Part shown: positions 43,366 through 56,400 of the stretch, piece by piece
Numbering within the stretch: the first letter of the stretch is position 1
Layout: each line of letters starts with the position of its first letter
Assembly: GCA_001642005.1 (NCBI GenBank)
Contig: LWCA01000033.1
Coordinates: 1-64,000 of the forward strand
Reading direction: 5' to 3'
Source of the DNA: Intoshia linei
Lineage: Eukaryota; Animalia; Orthonectida
DNA length: 64,000 bases
The notes under the pieces: generated by a model
The model's input: the letters and a program-made list of their open reading frames with translations, nothing else
What the model was told of the DNA's origin: nothing
The model's database searches: none
Position numbers and translations under genes: made by a program

Positions 43366-44452
43366 ACTACTTAAAAATTAAAATTTTCTACTTTAATTTA
43401 ATCAACCACTACAATTTTTTCATTAAAATGATATCAACATAATCCAATGACAATATGTGTTTAAAAGGCTATGTTATGCTATGCTCAAAAAATATACAGT
43501 GTTTATTTTTTAAACTGTGTCAAAAAAAATTTAGTGTACATTTTTAACACGAAAACACATCTTTTGCCATCACTGTACACATGATTTTATTTTATTACCA
43601 TATCTATATCAGTCAGATTTTTTTCAGATTTGTATCCTGTTGACTTTAGAGTTAATGTCCTATTACTAAAATATTTTTAACAATATTGACAACGTAGCTT
43701 TATTATTATTATAGCTTCAGTATAAATTTAAATTACAGTAAACTTTCGAAAAGTTACCACTTTTTTAGGCGATTAGTCACTTTTTTCACCAAAGTTAAAA
43801 TACAATATTATTTATTAACGACCCTGAAAATATACGGATACAGTGAAACCTCTTTATAAAAAAACCCCTCTATAAACAAATTATCATACTTTTAAAAATA
43901 TATCAATCCTATATAATTTGTTTATTACATTTTCACATGTCAAATTTTACTTTTTATAGAATTTTTATGACACTTATCACGCTTTTTTGATACTCAAAAT
44001 TAGCAAATTAGCAAAAAAAACAAATTAGTCTTTAAATTTTCAAAATCGTTTGTTTATTGTTCACTGTAATATAAATAAATAATAAATTAATATAATAAAA
44101 TAAATGACACATCATTGCTACATTATTAAAATTTAACAATTGTACCAATATTTTAATATGTACTCGTATAATTTGGAAATTGCTGAATAATTTTACAATG
44201 ACCGAAGATTATTTGTAATAGCTAAGTAATTTTTCCGGTAAATGTATTTGTAACATTATTAACAAATTATTTTAACAAAATTAATTAATTAACATTGTAA
44301 AACCATTATAATTATCGGTTGCCCAATTGCATTTGAATTATTGTACTCTTTTAGAAAAGTAAGACTAAAGAAACTATGATGAATCATGTGAAAAAAGTTA
44401 ATACTAGATTAAGTTTTTCCTCTATAAGAAATCGACTAAATCCTGAAATGCT

Positions 44453-44515
44453 TAACCCTTTCACTGTCTGTGTATTCTATACTATATACAACAATTTCAC
44501 TTCACACGTGTGTTC
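44453..44515. mobile_element. piggyBac-like terminus (TTAA|CCC), inverted copy at 6617-6675
   Basis: ttaaccctttcactgtctgtgtattctatactata..aatttcacttcacacgt is shared by both sites. No partner end found. Confidence 0.45.
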
Positions 44516-45379
44516 AATGAACACATTAGCACGAAGTACATAACAGTCAAGATAGTTTATAATATTACGGAAAGGTGAATAATAATTTCGATAACGTTTT
44601 CACTAATACTGGATACAACTGTAACTCTGAATGTATAGAATAATCGCATAGACAGCATTGAATCAGCAACTAATTATTATATAATATATATAAAATTATT
44701 TAAATTATCTAAAATTACCGATATGTCATAATATAATAAAAACCTGTACGATTTCATCATAAACGTACGTATTTGTTGCTATAAATGATTATTGACATTC
44801 ATTTGTATATTTATATTATTTATAAATTTTTATTGCGAATTAATTTTTTTGAAAGTTCTAATTACACTGGTGTATTTTGACAATTTATTAAGAGTACTTT
44901 TTAACTTACTAACAATGTACATCTTAAAGTCAAATGTTTGGAGGATAAAAGATCAACAATTATGTTTAGGATCTAAAGTTTAAAACTTATATTTTGCATA
45001 TTAATTTTACATGAGCTAATATGTTCAGTAAGATGCCATTTTTTGATTTTTTTTTAATATAACAACTTTTTTGAGTTTAAGCATTTATGTGAAATGAAAT
45101 CGGTTAATATACTTTAATATCCTTACTTATCTAATATGCCACACAATATTTGTTTAAGTGTGTGTGTGTGTGTTCCACTTCATTTCAATAATTACCAGTC
45201 TTAGAATTTTATAAAGTCCACATTTCAATTACTGAGTTTTCCGGGGTGATAATAAGATAGATTTCAACCTCCCAAGCTTTGTGACCCGTAAGTTGTTAGT
45301 TTGAGAGGTTGAAATTTATTTTGCTAACACCCGGAAAAAAATGTAATTGAAATGTAGACTTTACAAAATTCTAAGACTA

Positions 45380-46630
45380 GTAGTTATTGAAATAAACGAT
45401 AACACAGTCACACAAACAAATATTGCAAACCATATTATATCTGTAATGAAAGGATAACAACTCAAAATAAATTTCGTAAAAACTAAAATAAATGAGCTAC
45501 AATTTTAATTTAAAAAAAGTCCACAAAACATGAGAAACCATCAAAGGAATTACAACCATAGCAACATATATACATTTGACACTGTAACATTGTACTGATC
45601 TGATTAAATTTTATTTAGAAAGATATGCCCTTATTAAATTTTTTAGAACGTTAGTGCTGCCATTGAAGGGTAAATGCTTCTATATGCAAATTTTGAATAC
45701 GATGTAAACTTCCCAGTAAATGGTTGGCAAATTAGAAAGTAAAATCATATCACCATTAATTATATTTATTTAAAAGTTAACAATAATCATATATTAATTT
45801 TAAATTAAATCAGCGGCCAAATGCAGCTATGATATATACCATTATGTATATTACGCACAAGAAAAGGTGAGCTGAATATGGTGAGATATCTTTATAGCTA
45901 AGTCTGCACTTTGTAACAATACGCAAGGGTACCACAGTTGCCGTTATTGTTATAATTATCAATACAAGAAGAATCACTCCAAAACAGATAATTGCTAAAA
46001 GAAAAAATGTATGTATATAAGTAAGGTTCATTTTATATAAATACCATCGACAATAAAGAGTATACTATTATCACACACAGATCCGAATCTACCGTACCCA
46101 AGAGCCTCATCGAGTCCTTGAAAATGTATTTTTTCAATATCATAATTATCAAATTCTAACTAGTGAAGAGGTGGTTCGGTATATAATTACTCATAGTTTG
46201 CAAAAAAAATTTGTTTTTTGTCTTGTTTATGAATGGTTTATTTTTGATTTTTGGGGGCTTCGAGCATGGTAAGTTCAACTCTAATCACATATATTACAGT
46301 TCTTTATATTTCCAAAATCACTTTGTCAAACTCAAGCTTATTTTTTCGAAATTAGAACAAAAATTTATCTTTGTTTACAGAATTTCTATGAAAAGCAATA
46401 GTACAGTCAAGTGTTGGGACCATTTATAATAATAATAAATAACCTATTCGGTATTTATCATATTTCAAATTTTGCAAATATTTGCACTTTCATCATTCAT
46501 ATATCATAATTATCAAATTCTGACCAGTGGAGATGTGGTATAACTCATAGTTTGCAAAAAAATAATGATTTTTTCTTTGTTTATGAATGTTTTATTTTTG
46601 ATTTTTGGGGGCTTCGAGCATGGTAAGTTG
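45380..46630. repeat. ~1.05-kb direct duplication, copy 2, followed by a third partial copy (46500-46630)
   Basis: Matches 38018-39070. The block tttttgatttttgggggcttcgagcatggtaagtt occurs three times in the window. Confidence 0.92.
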
Positions 46631-47397
46631 TAGTAATATGTATCTGTTGACATCAGAAATAAAACTACTAAACCTCAAGATTTCTTGTAAATCAAAAATA
46701 GGCCCTAGCCATCTCTCCACATATTTAGATTTTGTGTTTTATATTTGAGACACAACAGTTGAATGACATTAAAAAATATAATATTTTTAATAAAAAATTT
46801 GTAAAAATGAGATTTTTTCGGGTACGGTAGTTTCTATATGATATTTAGTGGCCACTTTTTAGAAGTGAATTTATTTAAAATTAGTACAGTTTTGTAATAA
46901 CTTATAACATCTTAAAACGTGATAACGTTTCAAGCGACTACTGTATTATTAAGTTACTATATTCACTTAAAATATTGATATAAATATTTTAAAAATTATT
47001 TTTCATTAATTATATGTTCACTATTAAAAAAATAGGGACCCTCATAATAATTTATATGTAACTTATCAAAAATCCACTTTCCTTATATGAGGTGTTCCTC
47101 ATAGTCGAGTCTGACCATATCAGTTATTTTATAATTTTAAATAATATCATTTATTTTCTATATCTATCGAAAATCAGCAAAATTAATTTTCTGTTTTGAA
47201 TTTTTTAAAGTGCTTTGACTGAAATTTGAAAAAACGTACTCTCTGAATTTCTAAAAAAACTAAGTTGAAACACTGGTACGAAGTACACAACAGTCAAGAT
47301 AGTTTATAATATTACTGAAAGGTGTGTAGTAATTTTGATAACGTATGTACTGATAACGGATTAAATTATAACTCTGAATGTATAGAATAATCGTTAT

Positions 47398-47530
47398 AAA
47401 ATTGAAACATAGTGTCGACATTGAGAAGCCTGACTGTAAACTCTCCGACAAAACGTGAGAGTACCCTTTAAAAAATTATAAAAACCATTTTGTTGGTAAA
47501 AATTTAAAATATTAAAAAAGTTGTTTGAGG
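47398..47530. repeat. Dispersed repeat with an inverted copy at 56708-56845
   Basis: aaattgaaacatagtgtcgacattgagaagcctgactgtaaactctccgacaaaacgtgagagtacccttt is the reverse complement of ~56770-56842. Confidence 0.85.
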
Positions 47531-49821
47531 AGACATGTTTATAAATCTACTTACATTGGCACTTTATCAGCATTATCATAAATATTGCTTAAAGTAAAAT
47601 AAAATAAATAGTTTTATGTTGAGAAATTGTTACCAAGTTCCCAATACGTTAAAACTGATGAAGATGCCTAAAAAGAATATACCGTGGTAAAAATAAAATT
47701 ATCCCTTGTAAAAAATTTGTTAAATAATAATCTTGTAATCTTGTTAAAACTAACTAAACTAATCTATATAAATACTAGTGTTCATTCATCTACGGACCAT
47801 TTCAACTTTTGATTGTATTGCGCGGTATTATATAATGTTATAGTAGACCGAGACTGTTATAGGGGTTTATTCAAATAAAAATATGTTATTTATAAAAATT
47901 ACCGATATTCCATAATACATTAAGAAGATGTACGATTGCATTATAAACTTTGGTATTTATTGGTATTATAGTATAAATGAATATTGACTATCATTTTTGT
48001 AATATCATGTAAATTTGTATTGCGAATTAATTATTTGGAAGCTCTAATTACACTACAGCATTTCAGTGTGATACACTCCAGTATTACTTTAAACTTCAAA
48101 AAATTATAGGTCTCGTTTTATTTTTAAAAATAGGATGTGTAATTTGGAGTTTATTACCTTGAAAGACTCAATTTCCAATTCAAAAAAAATTTTCCTATGA
48201 ACCCTCTTTAAAATATGGTACAAAAAAAATATTTAAATAAGGCTGTATATAGCAAGCATAATGATTTCTAAAAATATGAAATTTAAGCAATATTTTTAGA
48301 ACCTTATTATATTTTAATAAACTAATTAATTAAATACTCATATGAATCGATTTATATTTAGATTTTCGTATTTAAATTTAAATTGTCGTCAAAATTATGT
48401 TACAGTTACTCATAATTAATAAATATTCAAATATGATGTATAATATTGCGACGCAATATTACGCAATAATTGCGTATCTATATTTTATACCATGGAGTAT
48501 AAATTAATCTTATGTTCTCGCCGGAAAAAGCTGAATTTTTGTTTTTGAAATATTTGAAAAATCACAGCTTTCTCAATAAATAGTTTCATACTTATTTTTA
48601 TCAACAATTTATATACATTTTATGTAAATTTACGTTTATATTACATTTAATTATAATAAAGCTATTCATACATCAACATTTGATTAATTTACAAATTTTA
48701 TATTATGTGATATTCCAATCAAATATAAATCTAATCTTAGATTATTATAGAGTGAAACTTAGATTATTAAAATAAGAAATGAAAAAATGTTTATACAATT
48801 TTAAATGTAAATTGTAAAATTTTATTGTTTATTTTAATTTTCAAATTTATTAAAATGTTATTTGATTATTTTGCAATGACAATGTTAATTTCATAAATTT
48901 ATAGTATATTTATAGCATTTATACTATTTGAAAAACATTTTCAACAGGTAATTGGGGGATTTCAAAATTTGCTTTTTTCGAAAAAATTAAAAAGAATATT
49001 TTAAAACAGAGGTGTTCAACCTGTCAATCGTGGGATGATTTTGAGAAAAATATTCTCTATCATTTTGTAGTAGTTTTTTTTCGACTAATTGCCGCTTAGT
49101 TGTGCACCCCTGCTCTATACATTGTTTAACATTTTTCATCGTTACTCCTGCAAGAACCCTATACAAATAAACTAAAAATGAAAACATATACATTTTTATA
49201 AAATATGGCACTGCTGGGAATGACCAAAAAAACATTATATTACAAGATAATTTTGTCATGCTTAAAAAAATTACTTAAAAAAACCCCACAATAATTAATT
49301 ATAATTATTCGATTTATTATCAATTTTTCCAAAAACTAAATAAAATTTGATATTTTAAATCAATGATGATAAGGAAGGGGTTAGAGGTAAGAGATGATTA
49401 TTTTTGACTAAATTCTAAAATTTTGCTGTTTTGCGACAAGATAATATTTATTAATTCATAAATTAATAATAGTAGTCACGTGTGTAGGCCCAGGCCATGT
49501 GCCCCTTATTCTCTCCACTGCCCTGACAATGACACACGCGGTGTGTTAAACAGTTTCCCAAATGTCATTATCATTTAAATTGAGAGTTATGAAACATGCA
49601 ATTACAATTTATAATGTTAAATAATACATTATATTGAATAAAGGCCGCCAGATTTTAAACAGAATGCAAAACTTTTTCAATATTTAAGTGGCCGTTTGAA
49701 TTTATAATTTATCCGACGATTCCTCAAATATTTCGATTTAATTAAAATTTATTAGAGATTGAAATAAAATGTTTAAATATTTTAATTGCAATTCTAATTT
49801 GTTGAATATCTTATATCAATA

Positions 49822-50227
49822 CTAGCTTGACTGTTATGTATTACGTACAAACAACAGCTAGCTCTGCCGAGGGCACATTTTTATTATACCAAAAATTAAA
49901 TTAAATTCATGTTGAAAATCTAACTTAAAAATCCTACTATTCACTATTATCAATTTTTTAAAGGAGTGGTTCCCAAATTTGTTTCAGGTGGAACCATCAT
50001 ATCACATTACTTTTTACTTTAAAGTGAATTATTCCACTTAATTTTTTGTTGTAATTGGAGGTTTTGGCCCTGAAGATATAAGTGTGGGAGGTTGAAATTT
50101 ATCTTACTGACACCCGGAAAAAACTGTAATAGAAATGTGGACTTTATAAAATTCTAAGACTGATAATTATTGAAATAAATAATAACACACACACAAACAA
50201 AGCATATTATACATGTATAAGTAAGGA
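49822..50227 (-). mobile_element. Non-autonomous Helitron, short copy with both termini
   Basis: On the minus strand: A|TC start, GT microsatellite near the 5' end, subterminal hairpin (ctgttatgta..tacaaac on plus), CTAG|T end, no TSD. Confidence 0.8.
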
Positions 50228-50482
50228 TGTTAATATTTCCATATTATGGTAACAATCACTTGGCGAAATACAGAATTAGCGAATTGTAGTGTTGTCGAGA
50301 GAGTGATGTATATATATGAGTTGTATTTTAAACAAGATATTTTGCATTAGACAAAATGAACATTAGACATTAGGCATTCGATAGGAGTATCGTTACTGAA
50401 CGGGGTTTGTTTTGATATAATACATTGACTAGACATTTCAAATAATACTAAGGATGCAAAAAATTTATTTAAACGTTGTTTC

Positions 50483-53400
50483 ATGTTGAATCAAAATGAA
50501 TATGCGGAATGTGAATTTTTAGAAGAAAAGTAAACATTTAAAAATATAATAAATTATTTCATTTTCAATTCATTCTAATTAATAGGTGGTACCATGGACC
50601 ATTGAGTAGACATGATACTGAAACGTTATTAGACAATTCTTCAATATTAGGATCTTATATAATACGTAAATCTGATAACACAGTTTCTTCGTTTGTTTTA
50701 TCAATTAAATCAGCACATGGACCTAAACATTTTAGGTATTTATTAAAATTAATACAATTAATATTACTTCATAATAATTTTATTAATATCATGTAATTCG
50801 GTCATAAATAGTTTTTTTTATTTTTTCTGACGTACAATTTGAAATAGTGACATCTTAGATATAATATTAACATTCAAAATGTTACCTAATATCATTTTTA
50901 ATTTTTCGAAATTTTTCCTACCTTTTGGCCTAATATAAATAGAGAAATTTCTAAATAATCTGTAAGATTTTGAATCAATGAACTTATACTTGGCCCAGTC
51001 ATGAATCATATTAAACATTTAAATTTTATACTAGAATAACAAAAATATGTGATGATGTATATATTGGAGGACGAAAATTTAAAACAATGGAAACACTGTT
51101 GAAATATTATACTTACGATAGTGATATAATATATAATCAAAAATTGATTTCACCTCTCACACCAGCAATAGTAATAATATAAAAATGTAGTTTTAACTAC
51201 CCTTAATCAATTTCTTTAAATCGCATTTGCGGCACTTGAGAAAAAGTACAGATGTTGAGGGAAGTAATTATTGTATACACTTACTGTCACAGTGTTTTTA
51301 AAAAAAATGAGATATTTTATTAGTATAGATTTAAATATTTATATACAATTAATTCAAAAATTTGAAAAATATTGGTTGATGATGTTTAAATTTTCTATCT
51401 AGATCAGGAGCGGTAACCAGTGGCCAACAGAATAATTTTGGTGACTCTTTGAGTAAATACATAAATTATTTATTTTTCAAGATTTAAAAATTATCTACTA
51501 TAATTGGCTCATTATAATCATTTTAATTACTGAGTTTTTCGTAGTAAAAAACTGAATATATTAAAATGAAACTTGCATTAAAACATTAATCCCGAAAAAC
51601 CATATATATTTTATTTTTTGATTCGAGTATTTTTGACGTTTTAAATAAACGGTAACAAATACAGACATTAAATTTTATATACATAATTTTTAGTAAAGGA
51701 TATTCATATTTTTTTTAATTTTAGAATTTAGCCAATTCAACCCAACAAAAAATACATTATAACCTTAATATCTTATCGTGCTATGCCAAATACGGATCAA
51801 ATTAGGTTTGTATTTTAATTTTCAAAAATGTCACTGAGACCCGACTGCTTGCCGTTAGCTAGGTTCGATTTTGCTCAATTTTGTTAGTATTATTTATTTA
51901 GCTAAAACTGCATTTTTCTTTTTATGGTTGGTAAACTCGAATTTTTCCTTTTAGAGTTGGTAAAACGGGAATATTTCCATTAAGGGTTGGTAAAACTAGA
52001 ATTTTTCATTTTAAGGTTGGTTAAATTTGATTTTACCTTTTAGGGTTGGTAAAGTTTTATTTTTGTAAAAAATGGTTGAATTTAAGTAGACTCCCATATT
52101 CAATTGTTTTTTTAATTTTTGTACCAAAATTCTAGATTTTATTAAAAATTACTTCATTATGTCCACAATTTCTCATTTCAATGCACCTCTTTCGATGTTT
52201 TTTGAAATTCGCATAATCGTCATAACCTCTTGGTCAAATTTTTGAAAAGATTAGACATTTAGTTCTCATTAATTTTAGGTAAATAAGTTTCAATTTTCAT
52301 AAGATAAAAATTTTAAGTTATTAACATTTTTTACAAAACTTAAAAGGGTTTGATTAAATCAAATTCTTAAAAACCCTTATTTTTAGGTTTTGTACGAAAA
52401 ATAATCTGAAAATTCCCGATGGACAGTTTGGTTAAAAATAAGTTCATCATATATAATATATAATTATTATATTATGAAAATTGAGACTTATTTACCGTTT
52501 TACTCTAACTATATACGTTTTAATCGGGTGTCTAAAACTTTTGCACCGGTCTGTAATACCAAAAAAATTACCGAAAGGTCCACACGGTTACTTATATGTC
52601 GTATAGAATGTGTAATTTTCATCTATATTTTAATTTTAGGTTTTAGAAATTTTTTGAACCAAATTTGAAGAAGTATTTTAGGAATTTTTTTTTTGAACCA
52701 AACTTTCAAGGGGGGTTTTAAGATTTTTTTTTGAACCAAACTTTCAAGAGTGATTTTAAGATTTTTTTTTGAACCTAATTTTCAAGGGGGGTTTAAGATT
52801 TTTTTTGATTGTAGATATATAAATATACATATATTTATGTATATATGACGTCCGTGGGCCCTAAAAGTAAACGCTTCCCACGTCTGATACATAATATTAT
52901 CCCAGTTTCCAAAATTTCGCAACACAGGGTTTAATTATTATACATTTTTAGTTATGATTAGGTTTTATTATATTTTTTTAAGTATATTATTATTATTAGT
53001 ACATTATTATATTGTAGTTGCAACAAAAACGAAATATACCTTGTAGAACATGAAATAAATCCCTTATGTATCTGGGTTAAAGACGAATATTCCGATAAAT
53101 CGGGAACAATCTGTCATACTTTTACTAAATTTATAACAATATCATCAAACGTTTTGGAAGAAAATGAATGGCATCATACAAACATTTCAAGAGAAGAAAC
53201 TGGAAAGCTTTTAGTTTTGCGTAAGAATAACTATGTAAAGGGTACGGCTAGCATCGAACCAAATAAAAAAACACGGTAACGGAAACTGTTCCTAAGGGTA
53301 GGGCAATTTTACGCTATTATTATTACATGTTTCAAAAAATTTCAAAAAAACTTGGTTAATAAAGAAAAATAAACAATGTTTAATAGCACTGCTATTAATA

Positions 53401-56400
53401 ATTGCCGGAATTTTCAATTTTTCTTTACATTTTATTGATTGCAAACTATGAAAAAATTAATGAAGGTCAGGGGACACATCCTTTATAACCTTTATAATGC
53501 AGTATATTATATTCCGTTTAAAAATAAATCTAAATAAAATTAATAATAAAATCTAACCCAAAATAATTAGACGGTAAAGAAAGCTGGATAGTACGACCAA
53601 GTGATTCGTCTTCATCAAGTTATACGCTATTTTTCTATGATGGTGACGTTGTCAGACGTTTTAAAATAAAAAGAGATAAAAATTTTTATGTGATGGGAGG
53701 GAGATACTTTAAAAATTTTTTGGATATAATTGAAAGATACAAATATCATTCAATTATCAAAGATTTACGTTTACGGAAACCTATATTACGCAACTTTTCA
53801 AAATTAAACTCACCAAGTATTGAAAGTTTATCCAGTATCCAATTCACTGAAAATGAAAAAAATACCATGCATACCTTTTCAAGTTGTCACCAAGCTATAG
53901 GTAACCAATCCGATATTCTTATGACTGGATATTTATTTATGAAATATGATAAACTGAAAAATTGGAGAAAATTTTTCTTTCTTTTGAATAAATATCAAAA
54001 TAAACTATACTATTACACGTCAAACAAAAAATCCAAACCCAAAGGTTTGATTTTTTTTATTTTGTTAATGTAGTTTAGGTTTAATCGACCTCATGTATAT
54101 AAATGTCTATCCCGTACATGAATCTTTATTTGCACGGCAGTATTGTTTTCAATTGGCATCAATGTCTTTAAACCAAGAAACTATTTATTATTTATCTTGT
54201 AATGATATGACTGATTTTGATAAATGGTCAGAATGTCTGTTATTATTTAGTGACGGTCATGTTGTACCAACTCCATTAAAATTTGATGCTCCAAAAATTC
54301 AATCAAAATTATTACAGTCTTTATGGATCAAACTATTTGAAATTGATAAAATTTTAAAATTAAAAATTGTTGTTGGGTATGTATGTCTTAATGATGTTAT
54401 TGTAGCTAGATTGGCTTGTAATGAAATTCCTTCGTCGACTCGTTTATATTGGGACGATGAAGTATATTTAGAGTAATTTTTTCTTTTAATAATTTGTAAA
54501 TTAACTTAGTTATATCAAAATTTACATAAAGTAGCAAAAGTTTCAGCCTTTTTAAAGCGGTGGCTTTAAAATTTTATTAAAATTTTTTATTATTATTTTT
54601 TGAATAGTAAGCATATGAAAATGTGCTTGTGATAAAGTATAAGAATTTTTTTTAAATTTATAAAATTTAGTTAATTTTACAATTTTATTAAATTTAGAAA
54701 TGTCCCAAAACATGTCAATTTTATTATTATAAAACTTTTCTCTCGCGATAAAAAGAAGGAAACTTATTATGGTAATTTCTATTAATAATAAAAAAATGGT
54801 GTTTCTTAAATTTTTTTAATCCAATTGCCACTAGTGTTGAGCAAACAACGCTGTTGGAAATCGATAAAAATGTTTTGATAAATTTGTAAATATATAAATA
54901 TATAATTAATAAATAAATTTAATTTTTTAAATAAACTTTTTAAATAAATTAATTTTGAGAAAAATCCAATTTTAACAACACTTTAGAGAAAAATTATTTC
55001 AAAACAAAGCATATTAAATTATTATAATTTACATTAATTTTACTTTAAATTTGGTTAGTTTTTATCGATTGCCATCCCTAATTGCTACTAAAATTCCCAA
55101 AGCATTTATCCTTTTCATAAAATTCAAAGAAAATGCATATATATTTACAATATTATTAATCTAGCCCAAGTTAAATTCAAATTTGAAAACTTGACATCGA
55201 ATCAAGAAATTATTACCAAAAAAATTGAATTTTCTCCCATTTTCAAAATAGACAAAGATTCCTTTATCAAAACGTCAATAACATTAGACAAAATTTTTTT
55301 CCTTCCTTTAACTTATTACTGTTCTCTTGAATCGGTAAATTTTTAATATTATTTTTCTATTTTCTGTCATTTATTTATTTTTATTACTATCCTTCATTTT
55401 TTTATTACAAATCTTAATGATAAAAAATGCAATTTATGAGGCGAATCTTGAATATGAGATTACACATGGATTTATCATTTTCATCTTATCTTCAAAATTT
55501 AAAATCTCATGCCTAGGGAACTGACTGGATTTTTTTTAATAAAATTTGTATTAATTTTCTATTTAATTCAAAAATTTAGCTATTGTTTGACAGAGACACT
55601 AATTTTTTAAAGATACTCTGTTGTGTTTCCTTTCGAGATCAGCGAAAAATTTCACATAGTTTAATGCAAATATTTGATTACAAATGCCAATTGACTGAAT
55701 TGTTGATTAAATTATTGGAAATTGAAATTAATCAAGGTTTTTATTATCATCAAAATAATAATAAAGATTAAACATGAATACAATTATACATAAAATGTAT
55801 AAGTTTTTTGCGTTTGAAAAGGTAATTTAAAATTTTAAATGGATGGAATGTGTAAATTTGTATTAATTTTAATATACGTAGTCTCTTTCCTTAAAAACTT
55901 TACGTAAGGCTGACATTTTATATTTTTATTGGTTGTATTAATCTAAAAAATTTAAATTATTGTATTTTATAATAACAGTTTTATATTGTCCTACTAAAAT
56001 AAAAATAAAAATGAAATGCTAATAAATTTGCAGCAGAAATTATATTTTTGATATAATGAATGCTATTGGATAAGATTATAAAACAGTAAACTGTAACGAG
56101 AAAAATTAATTAAAATGTTACCTGTTGATTTAATATTGAAATTGGCGCAATTATTTGAATAAAATTCAAATTAATTTCCATTAAAAATGGTTAATAAAAT
56201 AAACATCTCTTAAAAACTTACTTATATTTTGGTTGTTCCAACAGTGCACTGGTGCAATGCAGTGACTAGATTATATAGTGACTAGATCTGATGTAAAAAC
56301 ATTGATATAAGTACATAAACATATACATCGTCTTTAAAATAATATTATGTTATTGCTTTATTAAATTTTTTAGAAATTTTTGAAAATGTTTTAAGACGAC

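Noticed and set aside
46070-46130. LGYGRFGSV resembling a kinase glycine loop, or GRFGSVCDN resembling an SRCR motif
   Set aside because: No downstream VAxK/HRD/DFG motifs and no SRCR cysteine pattern; too short to assign.
50247-50405. Possible upstream RasGAP exons
   Set aside because: Phases could not be joined unambiguously, so the start was left at the in-frame ATG at 50483.
52648-52810. CRISPR-like ~37-bp repeats
   Set aside because: Units are contiguous with no unique spacers, there are no cas genes, and the context is a eukaryotic intron. It is a minisatellite.
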